A DNA stretch of 63,057 bases, filler included, from Choristocarpus tenellus KU-1152 (taxonomy: Eukaryota > Protista > Phaeophyceae): NCBI GenBank assembly GCA_964200185.2. It is 13 parts of 13 records of this genome, joined end to end, with 100 filler letters (N's around TTAATTAATTAA, not from the genome) between each part and the next. Parts side by side here need not be neighbours in the genome. Positions count along the whole stretch, not along the records: positions 60,019 to 63,057 come from CAXNAD020022764.1; 12 more parts are not named here. One strand, given 5' to 3'. The notes below the pieces were generated by a model. The model was not told the origin of the DNA, made no database searches, and worked only from the letters and a program-made list of their open reading frames with translations. Made by a program: the position numbers and the translations under genes. Positions within the stretch are counted from its first letter, which is position 1, and every line of letters begins with the position of its first letter. Shown here piece after piece: positions 61,931-63,057 of this stretch.

Positions 61931-63057
61931 AACCCCGTGCATTACTTTTTTATTATTGAAGTAAGAATGTATTTTTTTTTGTGGTGATATGATGATGCTT
62001 TTGCTCTCTTCTATCTGTTTGGTAGAGATGATATTTGTTGAAAATTAAGTTAAATACGTTTTTTTTTCATTTTTTTCATTTTTCTTCTTTTTCTTTTTCT
62101 TTTTTTTACATTTCAATCTTAAAAAAAAAAATGATGTCATGTGTTCCTGAAGTGGGGAGTGTCGAAATGTTTGGATTTTTTGTTCCACAATTAATGTTTC
62201 GGTTCCTTTGGTGTGTAGTTACGCTTGACTTTGTCGAGACTGTGGTGACTGCTTCATTGTCCACTTTAGTTGTACTGAAACAAATGTCTGTCTGTGGCTC
62301 ATTTTTTTTTAATACATATGTTTTTGTATTCATTTGAGTCCTTTTTAAATAGGACTAGTATATAGGTTACTGCATGACGCCTCTGTCCTATGCATATGTT
62401 TCTACAATGGGAACTGTCTGGTTTGACTAGAATACATATTTAGTGCTATGGTTCATGATTTGTATTGCTGCCTCTATGATTTTGTTTTAGGCTCACGTAT
62501 GTCCGTTGTGGTGATCTTGGACGAGTGTGGATGGCAGGCGTTTTTCAACCTTAATATATAGACATAAAAAAAGAAAAAAGAAATGCAATGGAAAAATAAA
62601 GAATGAAGATATGATCGAAATGCAGCAAGACAAGGCAGGGTCCAATCAGGGTTTACCTGTCACTTGCAGAACCGATACAAGCTACAAAAAAAAAACATAG
62701 CCTCGAATCACTTCATCACAAGGTTGATGTACAACACCACTAGGGTGTGTGTGTGTGTGTGTTTATGGAAGGCAGTGAGATTAGACTCCACTATGTCTAC
62801 CACTATGTGCAGTCACTATGTGTAGTATGTGTCACTGAACAGAATCAGCGGAGAAGAAAGTCTAGCAGTCGTCACAGTGACTAATGTTATGTGTCTTGAG
62901 AGTGTAACTGTTGATGTTACCATTGGTCAACCACTCTTCAGTCTTTCAACACTGCAGATTCTAAAACGTCAAAAGTCCCCCCCTGCCCCCCTCCCCTCCC
63001 CCCCGACCCATCCCCGCCCCCCCCCCCCCCCCCCCCCACCCCCCCCCCCCCCCCCTC

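Overview
Eukaryotic nuclear DNA, not one continuous locus. The window is 13 contigs joined by 12 artificial 100-bp spacers (44 N + TTAATTAATTAA + 44 N). Intron-rich genes, plastid-associated proteins (ALB3-like, PAP/fibrillin) and the transposon types suggest a photosynthetic stramenopile, probably a brown alga or close relative (inference). The main gene is a nearly complete RUVBL2/reptin with 10 exons visible (45789-55675, last exon missing). Partial spliced genes: ALB3/OXA1/YidC insertase, GT34 glycosyltransferase, probable RecQ-family helicase, PAP/fibrillin, acetoacetyl-CoA synthetase, plus three orphan exons. There is one intact tRNA-Phe(GAA) and one degenerate tRNA-like element. Much of the rest is decayed mobile DNA: a ~250-bp MITE family (7 copies) and poly-G relatives at contig ends, five CRE-like non-LTR fragments, LTR/copia/gypsy remnants, a DD39D-type mariner relic and a possible tyrosine-recombinase retroelement. 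No CRISPR or prokaryotic defence system is supported, and I cannot confidently claim a new biological system. The best leads are a hairpin-capped 30-bp array of self-folding units, an LTR flanked by both a PPT and doubled tRNA-Gln PBS motifs, copia domains in RT-RH-INT order, a MITE family with variable TSD length, and the strongly G|GT, phase-0 intron architecture of RUVBL2.
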